Assembly (NCBI GenBank): GCA_965219575.1
Contig: OZ244779.1
Location: 1,324,769 to 1,388,768, forward strand
Direction of reading: 5' to 3'
DNA length: 64,000 bases
From: Candidatus Oxydemutatoraceae bacterium
GTDB lineage: Bacteria; Pseudomonadota; Gammaproteobacteria; Poriferisulfidales; Oxydemutatoraceae
How positions within the stretch are numbered: position 1 is the first letter of the stretch; every line of letters begins with the position of its first letter. Both the position numbers and the translations under genes were made by a program. This document shows positions 29,731-40,955 of the stretch, one piece after another. The notes beneath the pieces were generated by a model. It searched no databases. It had not been told where the DNA came from and worked only from the letters and a program-made list of their open reading frames with translations.

Positions 29731-30884
29731 GGTTTCTCCGCATCTTTAATCGTCGACGATAAACGTTCGATCGCCTCGTCCGCTTCCGCAGTCGTTAGTA
29801 TCAAAGGAGGCAGCAAACGTATCACATTTTTTGCGGTCAAGTTGATCAGCAAGCCATGAGCAAGTGCGATACGTACTATCTCGTTACAAGGTTGTGCAAG
29901 TTCTATGCCGATCATCAAACCCATGCCGCGAATCTCGTGAATTTTATCCGAAACAAGTTCATTTTTGAGCGAGTCCAGTAAATAAGCACCGATTTTTGCC
30001 GCTTTCTCGCACAAATTATTTTTTTCTATCGTGTCTAAAACTGCGAGTGCTGCGCGGCACGCAAGTGGATTACCTCCGAAAGTAGAACCGTGTAAGCCGG
30101 GCTTGAATAATTGTGCAACTTTTCTTCGGGCTAAGCAAGCACCGATCGGAACACCGTTGCCGAGTGCTTTTGCGGTGGTGAGTATATCGGGTTTGATTGC
30201 GCTGTGCTGATAACAGTACCAGTGTCCGGTTCTGCCTACGCCGCTTTGCACTTCGTCGAGTATCAACAGTAAATTATGTCTATCGCAAAGTTCACGCACC
30301 GACTTTAAGTAATCGCTAGGGGCAATACGGATGCCGCCTTCCCCTTGTATCGGTTCGAGCATCACTGCGCAAAGCTCGGGTTCGGTTTCAATCAAATTTT
30401 GCAAGCTATCGATGTCGGCATACGGGATTTGTATGAAGCCCGGGAGTAGCGGTGCATAACACATATCGTTAGGTTGCGTTGCACTCCATGCAGCTATCGT
30501 GCGTCCGTGGAATGCTTTTTCCATTACCGCGATCATCGGGTTTTTTCGATGATGTTCGTGTGCATGGAGGCGTACCAATTTGATAGCGGCCTCGTTTGCC
30601 TCACTACCGGAATTACAAAAGAATACCGAGTCCAAGCCGCTTAGAGAAATGAGTTTGGAGGCTAGTTTCTCTTGTAGGTCTACTCGGTAGAGATTCGAGG
30701 TATGGAGTAGGCGCTTGGCTTGATCGCGAATGGCTTCACCGACGGCGGGATGTGCGTGTCCCAAACTACATACTGCAATCCCCGAGACCATATCCAGATA
30801 ACGCCGTCCGTCATAATCCGATAACCAGCATCCTCTGCCTTCGTTAAACATTATTTCTAATCGGTTGTAATTCGGCATCAACAT
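29727..30884 (-). CDS. argD: Acetylornithine aminotransferase
   Basis: NSGSEANE, FHGRT, EPIQGEGG, DEVQ, AKALGNG. Confidence 0.93.
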   Translation of the reverse strand: MLMPNYNRLEIMFNEGRGCWLSDYDGRRYLDMVSGIAVCSLGHAHPAVGEAIRDQAKRLLHTSNLYRVDLQEKLASKLISLSGLDSVFFCNSGSEANEAAIKLVRLHAHEHHRKNPMIAVMEKAFHGRTIAAWSATQPNDMCYAPLLPGFIQIPYADIDSLQNLIETEPELCAVMLEPIQGEGGIRIAPSDYLKSVRELCDRHNLLLILDEVQSGVGRTGHWYCYQHSAIKPDILTTAKALGNGVPIGACLARRKVAQLFKPGLHGSTFGGNPLACRAALAVLDTIEKNNLCEKAAKIGAYLLDSLKNELVSDKIHEIRGMGLMIGIELAQPCNEIVRIALAHGLLINLTAKNVIRLLPPLILTTAEADEAIERLSSTIKDAEKP

Positions 30885-30906
30885 CGTGTTATGCAGTCCA
30901 ATTAGA

Positions 30907-32640
30907 TTATAAGCACCCCATGGCTTTAATTTTATCGTATATTTGGTTGGTCAAATCTTCGGGGGTAGCGACGCTGGTATCCAGAACCATCTCCGGATTT
31001 TCAGGTGTTTCGTAAGGGTCGTTTATGCCGGTGAAAGATTGAGTTAGGTTATGACGTGCCCGCAAATAAAAGCCTTTGATATCTCTATGTTCACACACCG
31101 ACAGCGGCGTGCTTAAGTAAATCTCTATATAGAGGCCGTAACGAGAGATTAGTTTTCGGTTTTCCATGCGGTCGGCTTCGTACGGTGCGATCGGTGCGCA
31201 AATTGCAATGCCACCGTTTTTGGTGATCTCGCTGGCAACATAGCCTATACGCCGTACGTTGATCGAGCGATGTTCTTTAGAAAAACCGAGTTCGCTCGAC
31301 AAGTTCGTGCGCACTATATCGCCGTCCAACAAAGTGACTCGGCGTTTACCGTGCTCTACCAACTTAACCATCAGCATCTTAGCCAAGGTGGTTTTGCCGG
31401 AACCCGACAAACCGGTAAAGAATATCGTGAAACCTCTGTCTTTCAAGGGAGGATAAATTTCCTTCAGATATTTTGCGATGGTAGGCATGGTAAACCAATC
31501 GGGTAACTTTTCTCCTTTAATCAGCATTTCCCGCATTTGCGTGCCGGAGATGGACCACAATTCTTCGCCTTGTTTTTTGTCTTGTAGGAAAACATATTTC
31601 TTGCGCGTAGGGCTATACGCCATTTCCTCGAATAATATCGGCTGAATACCGATTTCGCCACTGTGTTCTTTGATTAAATCGTGGGCCCCTAAAGGTGGGT
31701 AGAAATTTTTCCCCGCCGAATCTTTGCCCGGTCCGGCGTGGTCGCGTCCTACTATGAAATGTGTGCAACCGTAATTTTTACGGATTAATGCATGCCATAA
31801 CGCTTCTCTAGGTCCTGCCATACGCATCGCCAACGGCAACAGCGATAGCATCGCGGCATTTTGGGGGTATTGGCGCAATGCCGCGCGGTAGCATTTCATG
31901 CGCGTGTAATAATCTACATCACCCGGTTTACTAATACCCGCAATCGGGTGGATTAATAAATGTGCATCTTCTCTTTTTAATGCTTCTTTGGTCAATTCTA
32001 TATGTACACGATGCAAGGGGTTTCGCGTCTGAAAAGCAATAATTTTTTCCCATTTTTTTCTTTTGAATATCGCTCGTAATGTTTTGGGTGTATGACGATA
32101 TTTCACATAGTCTATATGTCGGGGTAATTCGATCGCCTGCAACGGGCCGCCGATATACACGGGGTTGGTTGACCGGAAGAGGTAAGAGACCGCCGGGTGT
32201 TTTTGATCTTGAGTGCCGAAGGTTTTTTCTGCTTCTGCCTGCAAGTCCGGTTTCCAAATTTCTTGCACTTCTATAACTGCAACGGCAAAGTGTTCCGGGT
32301 CACGCAGGGCAATTTGATCTCCGGTATTCAATGATTCGGCAAAGGACTCGGGAATGTCGAGTGTGATAGGCATCGGCCAAAGCCGTCCGTCTGCAAGGCG
32401 CATATCGTTGACCACGCTTTCGTAATCGGCCTTGCCCAAAAAGCCGTGCAAAGGGTCGAATGCACCGTTGAGCAATAGTTCAATATCGCAAGTTTGCCGC
32501 GCGTTTAATTGCCAATACGGTAAGTGAAAGGCTTTTTCTATCGCTTGGTCTAGTTTTTTAGGAGTTAATATCGCAGAAGATTTCATCCCGTTATATTTTT
32601 GTCGGATTTTTAATAAAGTATTTATATGAGGGCATATCAT
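30907..32640 (-). CDS. sat: Bifunctional sulfate adenylyltransferase / adenylylsulfate kinase (start may be 32586)
   Basis: FQTRNPLH, GRDHAG; C-terminal TGLSGSGKTT, LDGDIVR. Confidence 0.93.
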   Translation of the reverse strand: MICPHINTLLKIRQKYNGMKSSAILTPKKLDQAIEKAFHLPYWQLNARQTCDIELLLNGAFDPLHGFLGKADYESVVNDMRLADGRLWPMPITLDIPESFAESLNTGDQIALRDPEHFAVAVIEVQEIWKPDLQAEAEKTFGTQDQKHPAVSYLFRSTNPVYIGGPLQAIELPRHIDYVKYRHTPKTLRAIFKRKKWEKIIAFQTRNPLHRVHIELTKEALKREDAHLLIHPIAGISKPGDVDYYTRMKCYRAALRQYPQNAAMLSLLPLAMRMAGPREALWHALIRKNYGCTHFIVGRDHAGPGKDSAGKNFYPPLGAHDLIKEHSGEIGIQPILFEEMAYSPTRKKYVFLQDKKQGEELWSISGTQMREMLIKGEKLPDWFTMPTIAKYLKEIYPPLKDRGFTIFFTGLSGSGKTTLAKMLMVKLVEHGKRRVTLLDGDIVRTNLSSELGFSKEHRSINVRRIGYVASEITKNGGIAICAPIAPYEADRMENRKLISRYGLYIEIYLSTPLSVCEHRDIKGFYLRARHNLTQSFTGINDPYETPENPEMVLDTSVATPEDLTNQIYDKIKAMGCL

Positions 32641-32741
32641 ATTCTAATATCGTGCGATGAGCAAGCAGTTTATTCAAACTTTGTGCTATCACATCGTACG
32701 AGGTTTTGCATAAAACGACTTTACCTTATATAATACTGTCT

Positions 32742-33125
32742 ATGCGAGACTCATCGAGACCTTTATCCCCTCATTTGCAAGTTTATAGCCTTCCTGTAAC
32801 TGCGATATTATCCATAATGCACCGCATGACAGGTGTGGTTTTGTCTTTGGGTTTAGTGTTATTGGTCGTCGTTTTGGCAACTGCGGCATGGCATCGTGAG
32901 ACCTACGAAGTTTTGAGAACCTTGTTATCGCATTGGCTGGGGCAAGTGTTCTTAATTTCATGGATTGCAGCATTGTATCTGCATTTGTGCAACGGCATAC
33001 GACATCTTTTTTGGGACGCAGGCCTGGGTTTCGACTTAAAGAGAACGAATCAAACGGCTTATTTAACGGTTGCAGGCACTGCGATTTTAACTACAGCGAC
33101 TTGGTTGTTGGCATATCTATTGTAG
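32742..33125 (+). CDS. sdhC: Succinate dehydrogenase cytochrome b556 subunit
   Basis: RPLSPHLQVY, SIMHRMTG, NGIRHLFWD. Confidence 0.95.
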   Translation: MRDSSRPLSPHLQVYSLPVTAILSIMHRMTGVVLSLGLVLLVVVLATAAWHRETYEVLRTLLSHWLGQVFLISWIAALYLHLCNGIRHLFWDAGLGFDLKRTNQTAYLTVAGTAILTTATWLLAYLL

Positions 33126-33135
33126 GAATAATTTA

Positions 33136-33510
33136 ATGAATTTAAGAACACCTTTATCTCGCGCGAAAGGGCTCGGCTCGGCTAAAGAGGGCATAGGGCA
33201 TTGGTGGATGCAGCGCGTGAGCTCGTTATTTTTAATACCGCTCATACTATGGGGTGCATTTACGATAGCGACTCTCGCCAACTATGATCATTATCACTTT
33301 ACGCAATGGCTCGCCGAACCGCTCAATGCGATTTTAATGATAGCTTTGCTCGTCGTCGTTTGTTATCACACTGCATTGGGCTTGCAAGTCATCATAGAAG
33401 ATTATGTGCATTTCACTGCGGTTAAAATAATAAGCATCGTAGCGGTTTATCTGCTTTCGTTTATTTTGGCTTTGGTCGGAGTATTCGCAATCCTTAAAAT
33501 TACTTTTTGA
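33136..33510 (+). CDS. sdhD: Succinate dehydrogenase membrane anchor
   Basis: [22 protein letters not shown]. Confidence 0.95.
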   Translation: MNLRTPLSRAKGLGSAKEGIGHWWMQRVSSLFLIPLILWGAFTIATLANYDHYHFTQWLAEPLNAILMIALLVVVCYHTALGLQVIIEDYVHFTAVKIISIVAVYLLSFILALVGVFAILKITF

Positions 33511-33511
33511 T

Positions 33512-35308
33512 ATGTCGTCTAAAGCATACCGGATAGAAGAACATACACACGAGGTTATCGTTATCGGTGCCGGGGGCTCGGGTCTACGAGCAACTTTCGG
33601 TATTGCCGAACAAGGCTTTAAGACGGCGTGCTTAACCAAAGTATTCCCGACGCGTAGCCACACGGTTGCCGCACAAGGTGGTATCAGCGCGGCACTTGCC
33701 AACATGGGAGAAGACGATTGGCGTTGGCACATGTACGATACGATCAAAGGTTCCGATTGGCTGGGAGATCAGGATGCCATCGAATATATGTGCAAAGAGG
33801 CTGCCGATTCAATTATAGAGCTCGAACACTACGGCGTGCCGTTCTCTAGAACCTCCGACGGGCGTATTTATCAGCGTCCTTTCGGTGGTATGACCACCCA
33901 TTTCGGTGAAGGTGTCGCCCAGCGTACTTGTGCGGCAGCCGACCGTACCGGCCATGCCATTTTGCATACCTTATATCAGCAATCGCTCAAACACGACGCC
34001 GAGTTTTTTATAGAGTATTTTGCCATTGATTTATTGATGAGCGAAGACGGGGCGTGTTGTGGTGTGATCGCTTGGAACTTGGCAACCGGGAAATTACATA
34101 TATTTCATGCGCATATCGTCATACTGGCAACCGGTGGCTACGGGCGAGTCTATTTTTCATGTACATCTGCGCATACTTGTACCGGCGACGGTGGTGCGAT
34201 GGTATTGCGCTGTGGCTTACCGTTGCAAGACATGGAATTTGTCCAATTTCATCCGACCGGCATATACGGTGCGGGCTGTTTGATTACCGAGGGTGTGCGC
34301 GGAGAGGGTGGCTATTTGACTAATGCCTCGGGCGAGCGTTTTATGGAACGCTATGCGCCGAATGCCAAGGACTTGGCCTCTCGCGATGTAGTGAGTCGCG
34401 CAATGTCTATGGAGGTAAAAGAAGGGCGCGGCGTAGGGCCCGATAAAGACCATATACATTTGCACTTGGAACATTTGGGTCCCGAGGTGATACAAGAGCG
34501 TCTGCCGGGCATTGCCGAATCGGCGCGTATTTTCGCCGGTGTCGATGTCACACGCGAACCGATACCGGTTCTGCCTACGGTGCATTACAACATGGGTGGT
34601 ATTCCTACCAACTATATGGGTGAGGTACTAAAACTGGAAAATGGTAGTCCGGATTATGTGGTGCCGGGTTTGATGGCGATAGGTGAGGCTGCGTGCGTAT
34701 CGGTACACGGTGCCAATCGCTTGGGATCTAATTCTCTGCTCGATCTGATAGTATTCGGACGCGCGGCAGCGAAGCGAGTTACCGAATTGTTGTCTGCTTA
34801 TCGCAGTCATTCGATAAGGCGAGCTCCGCAACAAGCCGTCGACCGCGTCTTAAACCGCTTCGACCGTCTGCGCAATGCGAATGGCGAATATTCGACCGCC
34901 GAACTCCGCTTGGATATGCAAAAGACGATGCAGCAATACGCAGCAGTATTTAGAATCGGGGAGAGTTTGCAAGAAGGCAACGATAAAATGAAAGCACTTT
35001 ATAGTCGGCTCGATGCACTGCGTGTAAGCGACCGTTCTATGATTTGGAACACCGATTTGGTAGAAACCCTCGAATTGACCAATCTATTACCGCAAGCCCT
35101 CTGCACGATTACCTCTGCGTTGAATCGAGAAGAGAGCCGAGGCGCACATGCGCGTGATGATTTCCCCAAACGTAACGACGAGAAATGGTGGAAGCATACG
35201 CTGATCTATTGCGACGAGAAAGATACCCATATAGACTACAGGCCGGTTCATACTCAGCCGATGACCGACGAAGTAGAAGCCGTACCGTTGCAAGAACGCG
35301 TATACTAA
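33512..35308 (+). CDS. sdhA: Succinate dehydrogenase flavoprotein
   Basis: [27 protein letters not shown]. Confidence 0.98.
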   Translation: MSSKAYRIEEHTHEVIVIGAGGSGLRATFGIAEQGFKTACLTKVFPTRSHTVAAQGGISAALANMGEDDWRWHMYDTIKGSDWLGDQDAIEYMCKEAADSIIELEHYGVPFSRTSDGRIYQRPFGGMTTHFGEGVAQRTCAAADRTGHAILHTLYQQSLKHDAEFFIEYFAIDLLMSEDGACCGVIAWNLATGKLHIFHAHIVILATGGYGRVYFSCTSAHTCTGDGGAMVLRCGLPLQDMEFVQFHPTGIYGAGCLITEGVRGEGGYLTNASGERFMERYAPNAKDLASRDVVSRAMSMEVKEGRGVGPDKDHIHLHLEHLGPEVIQERLPGIAESARIFAGVDVTREPIPVLPTVHYNMGGIPTNYMGEVLKLENGSPDYVVPGLMAIGEAACVSVHGANRLGSNSLLDLIVFGRAAAKRVTELLSAYRSHSIRRAPQQAVDRVLNRFDRLRNANGEYSTAELRLDMQKTMQQYAAVFRIGESLQEGNDKMKALYSRLDALRVSDRSMIWNTDLVETLELTNLLPQALCTITSALNREESRGAHARDDFPKRNDEKWWKHTLIYCDEKDTHIDYRPVHTQPMTDEVEAVPLQERVY

Positions 35309-35361
35309 ATGTACCGAGCGCATCGATACATATCGACAAATTAAAGACCTAAGGGAGAACT

Positions 35362-36138
35362 ATGGCAGAGTTTAGATTACCGACAAATTCTATAGTCAAA
35401 AAAGGTGTTCATTATCCGGCATCGGATAAAAGCAAAAACACGCAACGTTTTATCGTTTATCGCTACGACCCCGATTGCGACGAGAACCCCCGTACCGACA
35501 CCTACGATGTAGATACGGAAAAATGTCCCATGGTGCTCGATGTACTGATCAAGATCAAAAACGAAATGGATCCTACATTGACCTTCAGACGGTCGTGTCG
35601 CGAAGGTATTTGTGGTTCGTGTTCGATGAACATAGCGGGACGCAACACCTTGGCGTGCATCAAACCTTTAAGTGAACTTGAAGGCGATGTCAAAATATAT
35701 CCTTTGCCGCACATGTCGGTGATTAAAGACTTGGTGCCCGACCTGGATAATTTTTATGCACAATACGCTTCTATCAAACCGTGGATCAGAACCCAAACAC
35801 CGGCACCCGATAAAGAACGGCTACAGTCCGTCGAAGATCGAGAAAAAATCAAAGGCCTGGAGGAGTGCATTTTGTGTGCTTGCTGTTCTACGAGTTGTCC
35901 CAGCTACTGGTGGAATTCCGATCGTTATTTAGGGCCTGCCACATTACTGCAAGCGTACCGATGGATTGTCGATAGTCGCGACGAAGCAACCGGTGAACGC
36001 TTGGATGAATTGGAAGATCCCTTTAAGCTGTTCCGTTGTCATACGATCATGAACTGTGCGGATACCTGCCCCAAAGGATTGAACCCTGCTAAAGCAATTG
36101 CCGGGATCAAAAAATTATTGCTCGCTCGCCGCTATTGA
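35362..36138 (+). CDS. sdhB: Succinate dehydrogenase iron-sulfur subunit
   Basis: [24 protein letters not shown]. Confidence 0.98.
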   Translation: MAEFRLPTNSIVKKGVHYPASDKSKNTQRFIVYRYDPDCDENPRTDTYDVDTEKCPMVLDVLIKIKNEMDPTLTFRRSCREGICGSCSMNIAGRNTLACIKPLSELEGDVKIYPLPHMSVIKDLVPDLDNFYAQYASIKPWIRTQTPAPDKERLQSVEDREKIKGLEECILCACCSTSCPSYWWNSDRYLGPATLLQAYRWIVDSRDEATGERLDELEDPFKLFRCHTIMNCADTCPKGLNPAKAIAGIKKLLLARRY

Positions 36139-36272
36139 TAGCTAAGCCGTGCAGAGATTTCATTGTATCGGCATGTCGTGTTCGGGTTCGTCGTAAAGTA
36201 CCGTCGGTACCCTTTTTTAATACCGTTCAAGACTTTTACTCTTGCATAACTTGCGTTTGAGTTATTATTGCT

Positions 36273-36518
36273 ATGAACACCGACAGAAAGCAACTCTATT
36301 GGATGTGTCGTCGTGGCACCAAAGAATTGGATGAATTAACACTACGCTACTTAAACGAATACTATGATCAAGCAAGTCCGGAACATCGTTGCGCATTTAA
36401 GTCCATGCTACAGTTGCCCGACCCCGAGCTGTACCAAATCCTCGTCGGTACACAACCTTGCGATAATCGCACGATAAATGAAATCGCAAAATGCATACGC
36501 CGAGAATCTGTGGATTGA
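36273..36518 (+). CDS. sdhE: Succinate dehydrogenase assembly factor
   Basis: WMCRRGTKELD motif. Confidence 0.9.
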   Translation: MNTDRKQLYWMCRRGTKELDELTLRYLNEYYDQASPEHRCAFKSMLQLPDPELYQILVGTQPCDNRTINEIAKCIRRESVD

Positions 36519-36939
36519 ACTACGCCCCTCTCGTATCGCACGAATACTCGAACTCGTATTCTATCTCTTAATATCGGTATCCATAACAATTTGGTCGCTT
36601 CCTCTAATTTGGAAATCGCTTGCATGCCTATTCGTTTTAACTTTCTATTTATCGGATCATTTGAAGAACCGTATCAGCACCGTACTTCGGCAAAGATATA
36701 GCCCAATCGAGGCAGTCATACTATCTTCCGATAAAGGTGTCGTTGCAACCCGATGTGGTTCACAAGTTTGTAAAGTCCGATATTTCAATATAGAACATAT
36801 ACTATGCTACTATATTCAACTGCATTTATGTTATGAGGACGGAAATTACAAACGGCTTTACATTTTTCCCGATTCGACGGACGAAAAAGCCTTTCATAAA
36901 TTCCGTTGCATAGGAGTACGTAATAAGGCTACAAAATGA
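36478..36939 (+). CDS. YgfX-like membrane protein
   Basis: Overlaps sdhE; IELRPSR, two TM helices, PDSTDEKAFHKFR. Confidence 0.55.
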   Translation: MKSQNAYAENLWIELRPSRIARILELVFYLLISVSITIWSLPLIWKSLACLFVLTFYLSDHLKNRISTVLRQRYSPIEAVILSSDKGVVATRCGSQVCKVRYFNIEHILCYYIQLHLCYEDGNYKRLYIFPDSTDEKAFHKFRCIGVRNKATK

Positions 36940-37382
36940 CCGATACGATATATACCGGAGATACACATTCTAAACCCGATTTTGCCGGGTTGATGAACTT
37001 GTACGAGAATAACTACCGATTGTTAAGTACACTGCTGGAATACTTGGACGATAATAAAAATTCCATACGAAACAAAAACGGTTATACCTTAAAAATACAC
37101 AAAAGACACCGAAGTCGCTATACGCAAAACATAGACCTGCATTATAGTTTCCATACCCGAAGACGAGGACGAAAAATCACCGTGGCGATTGCCAGCTTCA
37201 AAGTCCAGCTCTATTCGGATACCCGTCAAGCAGCGGTGGTTTGCAGTCAAATACGGCTAAAAAAAACTTTTCCTATACGCCGTCTTCTCGTGTCGCTACA
37301 AACGAAATGGTACTATAATCGGTGTCTCAGAGCGGTATTAAGAAGTTTCTTTACTCGCCGCATCCCAACACAATACTGTTAA
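36936..37382 (+). CDS. DUF1249-like protein
   Basis: LMNLYENNYRLL, SRYT, LYSDTRQA, KWYYN. Confidence 0.65.
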   Translation: MTDTIYTGDTHSKPDFAGLMNLYENNYRLLSTLLEYLDDNKNSIRNKNGYTLKIHKRHRSRYTQNIDLHYSFHTRRRGRKITVAIASFKVQLYSDTRQAAVVCSQIRLKKTFPIRRLLVSLQTKWYYNRCLRAVLRSFFTRRIPTQYC

Positions 37383-37533
37383 GCGAATACCCTATATACG
37401 CGTTGTATAAAACCGCTCGTCGGATATTTGCGACTGTTCGTCGAAATCAGAAATATCATGCTATGGAGTCGGGGTAATCTATAGGTTGGTTTGCCTTCGG
37501 GCACTAATTTACATATAATTCAAAGGAGTAAAA

Positions 37534-37923
37534 ATGAATACAACGATTAAACAAAGTACCGAAACTTTTAACACGATGCACAAATTGGAACGAGCAGGAA
37601 TGTCGAGAGCGCAAGCAGAAATAACATCGCGTGCGATCGACAGACAGGTCTCGATGTCGATGCAAGAGGTGTTGGATAAAATAGACGCTCGTTTTGACGC
37701 CCACGAAGCATTCTACGAGGCGCGTTTCCAATCTATAGAAAACCGCATCGATGCCGTTGAGAACCGTATCGATGCTGTTGAGAACCGTATCGATGCCGTC
37801 GAAAAGCACATCGACATAATAGAGAAGAGATTATCGTGGCTTTATGTAGAAAGCATCGTATCTATCTGTGTTATCGGTGCCGGCTTTACCGGGGTTATTA
37901 TTGCGTTGTTGCGTATGGGCTAA
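37534..37923 (+). CDS. DUF1640/CCDC90-like coiled-coil protein with C-terminal TM helix
   Basis: KLERAGMSRAQAE; 21-bp repeats encoding ENRIDAV; hydrophobic tail. Confidence 0.65.
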   Translation: MNTTIKQSTETFNTMHKLERAGMSRAQAEITSRAIDRQVSMSMQEVLDKIDARFDAHEAFYEARFQSIENRIDAVENRIDAVENRIDAVEKHIDIIEKRLSWLYVESIVSICVIGAGFTGVIIALLRMG

Positions 37924-37930
37924 ATCGTTA

Positions 37931-37985
37931 TCTACGGGCGGACATACAAGTCCGCCCCTACAAGGAGGGGATGCTCCGCCCCTAC
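37931..37985. repeat. REP-like palindrome
   Basis: GGGCGGAC-ATACAA-GTCCGCCCCTAC between convergent genes. Confidence 0.8.
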
Positions 37986-38005
37986 ACTCAATCGGCGATT
38001 CTATG

Positions 38006-39346
38006 TTAACCTGCTTCGGATTTTATATGTTCTATGATAGCGTCGCCGAAGCCCGAGGTGGTGACCAACTTGGCTCCCGGCATAAGTCTTTGCAATTCTT
38101 CGCTTATGTTTCCCAGCTTCGGTCTCCTTGCGGTAATGCCGCCGCGCACCCTTGCAAGGTCGTAGGTTACGGTCTTGTTGGATATAGCGGATGCGATGCC
38201 GTTGATTACTAAATCGGCAGCTTCGCACCATCCGATATGTCTTAGCATCATCTCTGCAGAAAGGATAATTGAACCGGGATTGACGCGATTCTTACCGGCG
38301 TATTTAGGCGCGCTGCCGTGAGTTGCTTCGAACACCGCAACTCGATCCGACATATTAGCCCCCGGCGCAATACCGATACCGCCCACCTGTGCGGCCAAGG
38401 CATCGGAGATATAATCACCGTTTAAGTTGAGTGTCGCAATCACATCGTATTCGTCCGGTTTGAGGAGTATTTGTTGTAGAAAATTGTCGGCAATAATATC
38501 CTTGATTAGAATAGTCTCCCCCGCATATCGAGGGTTTGCTATCGTGCACCAAGGTCCGCCGTTTAATTCCTCGGCACCGAATTCGGAGACGGCCAGTTCG
38601 TATCCCCAGTTGCGAAACGCGCCTTCGGTATACTTCATGATATTACCTTTATGTACCAACGACACCGACTGGCGACGGTTCTCTATTGCGTAGCGTATCG
38701 CTTTTCTAATCAAGCGCTGCGATCCTTCTCGGGATACCGGCTTGATGCCTAAGCCGCAATGGTCGGGGAAGCGTATCTCGGTCACATCCATTTGATGTTT
38801 GAGAAAATCTAAAACTTTTTTAACATTGGATGTGTCGGCTTGCCATTCTATACCGGCATAGATATCCTCGGTGTTTTCTCGGAACACAACCATATCGGTA
38901 GTTTCGGAGTCTTTGAGTGGGGTAGGGGTGCCGGGGAAATAGCGTATCGGTCTGACGCATGCAAACAAATCGAGTTGCTGGCGGATTGCAACATTCAAAG
39001 AGCGTATGCCACCACCGACCGGTGTCGTTAAAGGTCCCTTGATAGCAACTTTATATTCGTTGATTGCATCGTAAGTTTCGCTCGGTAACCATTGATTCTG
39101 TCCGTAAAGATCGACCGCTTTTTCGCCGGCATAAATTTCCATCCACTCGATACGCCGTCTACCGTTGTAGGCGTACTCGACGGCGGTATCTATGACTTTG
39201 CGCATCACCGGTGTCACATCGATGCCGATACCGTCTCCTTCTATAAAAGGAATAATCGGACAATCCGGCACCGAGATGCCGCCGTCCGTTGTTATCTTTA
39301 TTATTTCTCCTTGCTGCGGAGTTTTGATGTAACTACGTTGTGCCAT
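38006..39346 (-). CDS. icd: NADP-dependent isocitrate dehydrogenase
   Basis: [38 protein letters not shown]. Confidence 0.96.
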   Translation of the reverse strand: MAQRSYIKTPQQGEIIKITTDGGISVPDCPIIPFIEGDGIGIDVTPVMRKVIDTAVEYAYNGRRRIEWMEIYAGEKAVDLYGQNQWLPSETYDAINEYKVAIKGPLTTPVGGGIRSLNVAIRQQLDLFACVRPIRYFPGTPTPLKDSETTDMVVFRENTEDIYAGIEWQADTSNVKKVLDFLKHQMDVTEIRFPDHCGLGIKPVSREGSQRLIRKAIRYAIENRRQSVSLVHKGNIMKYTEGAFRNWGYELAVSEFGAEELNGGPWCTIANPRYAGETILIKDIIADNFLQQILLKPDEYDVIATLNLNGDYISDALAAQVGGIGIAPGANMSDRVAVFEATHGSAPKYAGKNRVNPGSIILSAEMMLRHIGWCEAADLVINGIASAISNKTVTYDLARVRGGITARRPKLGNISEELQRLMPGAKLVTTSGFGDAIIEHIKSEAG

Positions 39347-39379
39347 TTGTTTTTAAGAAATCGGTGTGCGTCTATACGC

Positions 39380-40657
39380 TTAAAATTGCTCCTCTTCGGT
39401 CGAGCCGGTCAGTGCGGTGACCGATGAAGCACCACCTTGGATCACGGTCGTTACATCGTCGAAGTATGCGGTGCCTACTTCGGCTTGGTGGCTCGAAAAG
39501 GTGTAGCCTCTATCGAGTGCCGAAAATTCCTTTTCCTGCACCATATCTACATAAGCGGTCATACCGTTTTTAACATAGCTGTCGGCCAAATCGAACATGT
39601 GGTACCACATATTGTGTATGCCGGCTAGCGTAATAAACTGATATTTATATCCCATCGCACCCAATTCGCGCTGGAACTTGGCAATCGTTGCCTCATCTAG
39701 ATTCTTGCGCCAATTGAAAGAAGGTGAACAGTTGTATGCGAGCATTTGCTCGGGGAATTGTCGATGAATTGCATCGGCGAACTTCTGCGCTTCGACTAAA
39801 TCGGGTACTGCGGTCTCGCACCACAATAAATCTGCATACGGAGCATACGCAAGCCCTCTGGCTATCGCTTGATCGAGTCCCGCCTTAGTACGGTAAAAGC
39901 CTTCCACGGTACGCTCACCGGTGATGAAAGGTTTATCGTAGGGATCCACATCGGAAGTGAGTAGGTTTGCGGCGTTGGCATCGGTGCGTGCGAGTAATAC
40001 GGTGGAAACACCACAGACATCCGCCGCCAGTCTGGCTGCGATTAGTTTCTGTATTGCTTCGCTCGTCGGCACCAGTACCTTGCCACCCATGTGTCCGCAT
40101 TTTTTTGCCGAGGCGAGTTGGTCTTCGTAATGCACACCGGCAGCCCCTGCTTCGATCATCGCCTTCATTAATTCGAAGGCGTTGAGTACACCGCCGAAGC
40201 CGGCCTCGGCATCGGCGACGATAGGTGCGAAAAAGTCTATCTCGGACTCACCTTTTTTCCATTGTATTTGATCGGCGCGTTGAAAAGCATTATTGATTCT
40301 AGCCACCACCGCAGGTACCGAGTTGGCCGGGTAGAGTGATTGATCGGGATACATCGCACATGCTAAATTAGCGTCGGCTGCGACTTGCCAGCCGGAAAGA
40401 TAAATTGCTTTGACACCGGCTTTAACTTGTTGCACCGCCTGTCCGCCGGTCAACGCACCCAAGCAGTTGATATACGGTTCTTCGTTCAATAAATGCCATA
40501 GTTTTTCCGACCCCAAGCGCGCATAAGTATAAGCCCTGCGTATCGAACCGCTCAGGCGAACCACATCTTCCGCACTGTAGGTGCGTTTGACATTTTTCCA
40601 ACGCGGGTTATGGTCCCAGTCTTGTTGTATCTCGGTTATCATTTTTTCTCTATTCAC
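39380..40657 (-). CDS. aceA: Isocitrate lyase
   Basis: KKCGHMGGK signature; GTG start after GGAGG. Confidence 0.97.
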   Translation of the reverse strand: MNREKMITEIQQDWDHNPRWKNVKRTYSAEDVVRLSGSIRRAYTYARLGSEKLWHLLNEEPYINCLGALTGGQAVQQVKAGVKAIYLSGWQVAADANLACAMYPDQSLYPANSVPAVVARINNAFQRADQIQWKKGESEIDFFAPIVADAEAGFGGVLNAFELMKAMIEAGAAGVHYEDQLASAKKCGHMGGKVLVPTSEAIQKLIAARLAADVCGVSTVLLARTDANAANLLTSDVDPYDKPFITGERTVEGFYRTKAGLDQAIARGLAYAPYADLLWCETAVPDLVEAQKFADAIHRQFPEQMLAYNCSPSFNWRKNLDEATIAKFQRELGAMGYKYQFITLAGIHNMWYHMFDLADSYVKNGMTAYVDMVQEKEFSALDRGYTFSSHQAEVGTAYFDDVTTVIQGGASSVTALTGSTEEEQF

Positions 40658-40955
40658 TTTTTCCTCCGTTAAACAAATGGATTTAGCAATAAGCACTCAT
40701 TTCAAAAGCGAGTACACTCATAAGGTTTATTGATTTATCCGACAAATTGGATTATTCATTATTTTGTGTAGTTTATAGGTTTTGGTATAGCTATATGACG
40801 CAAAGGCGACATGCTTTAAAAGCTAATATGTAATTCAATCGGCAATCCGCAAGTTATCAACTCCTGCATATAATAACAGCATAAGACTTTAGCTTCAATA
40901 GCTGCGAACGATTACCTCGTCAAACTTCGCATGCCACCCCTCCATAGAGGAGGAA

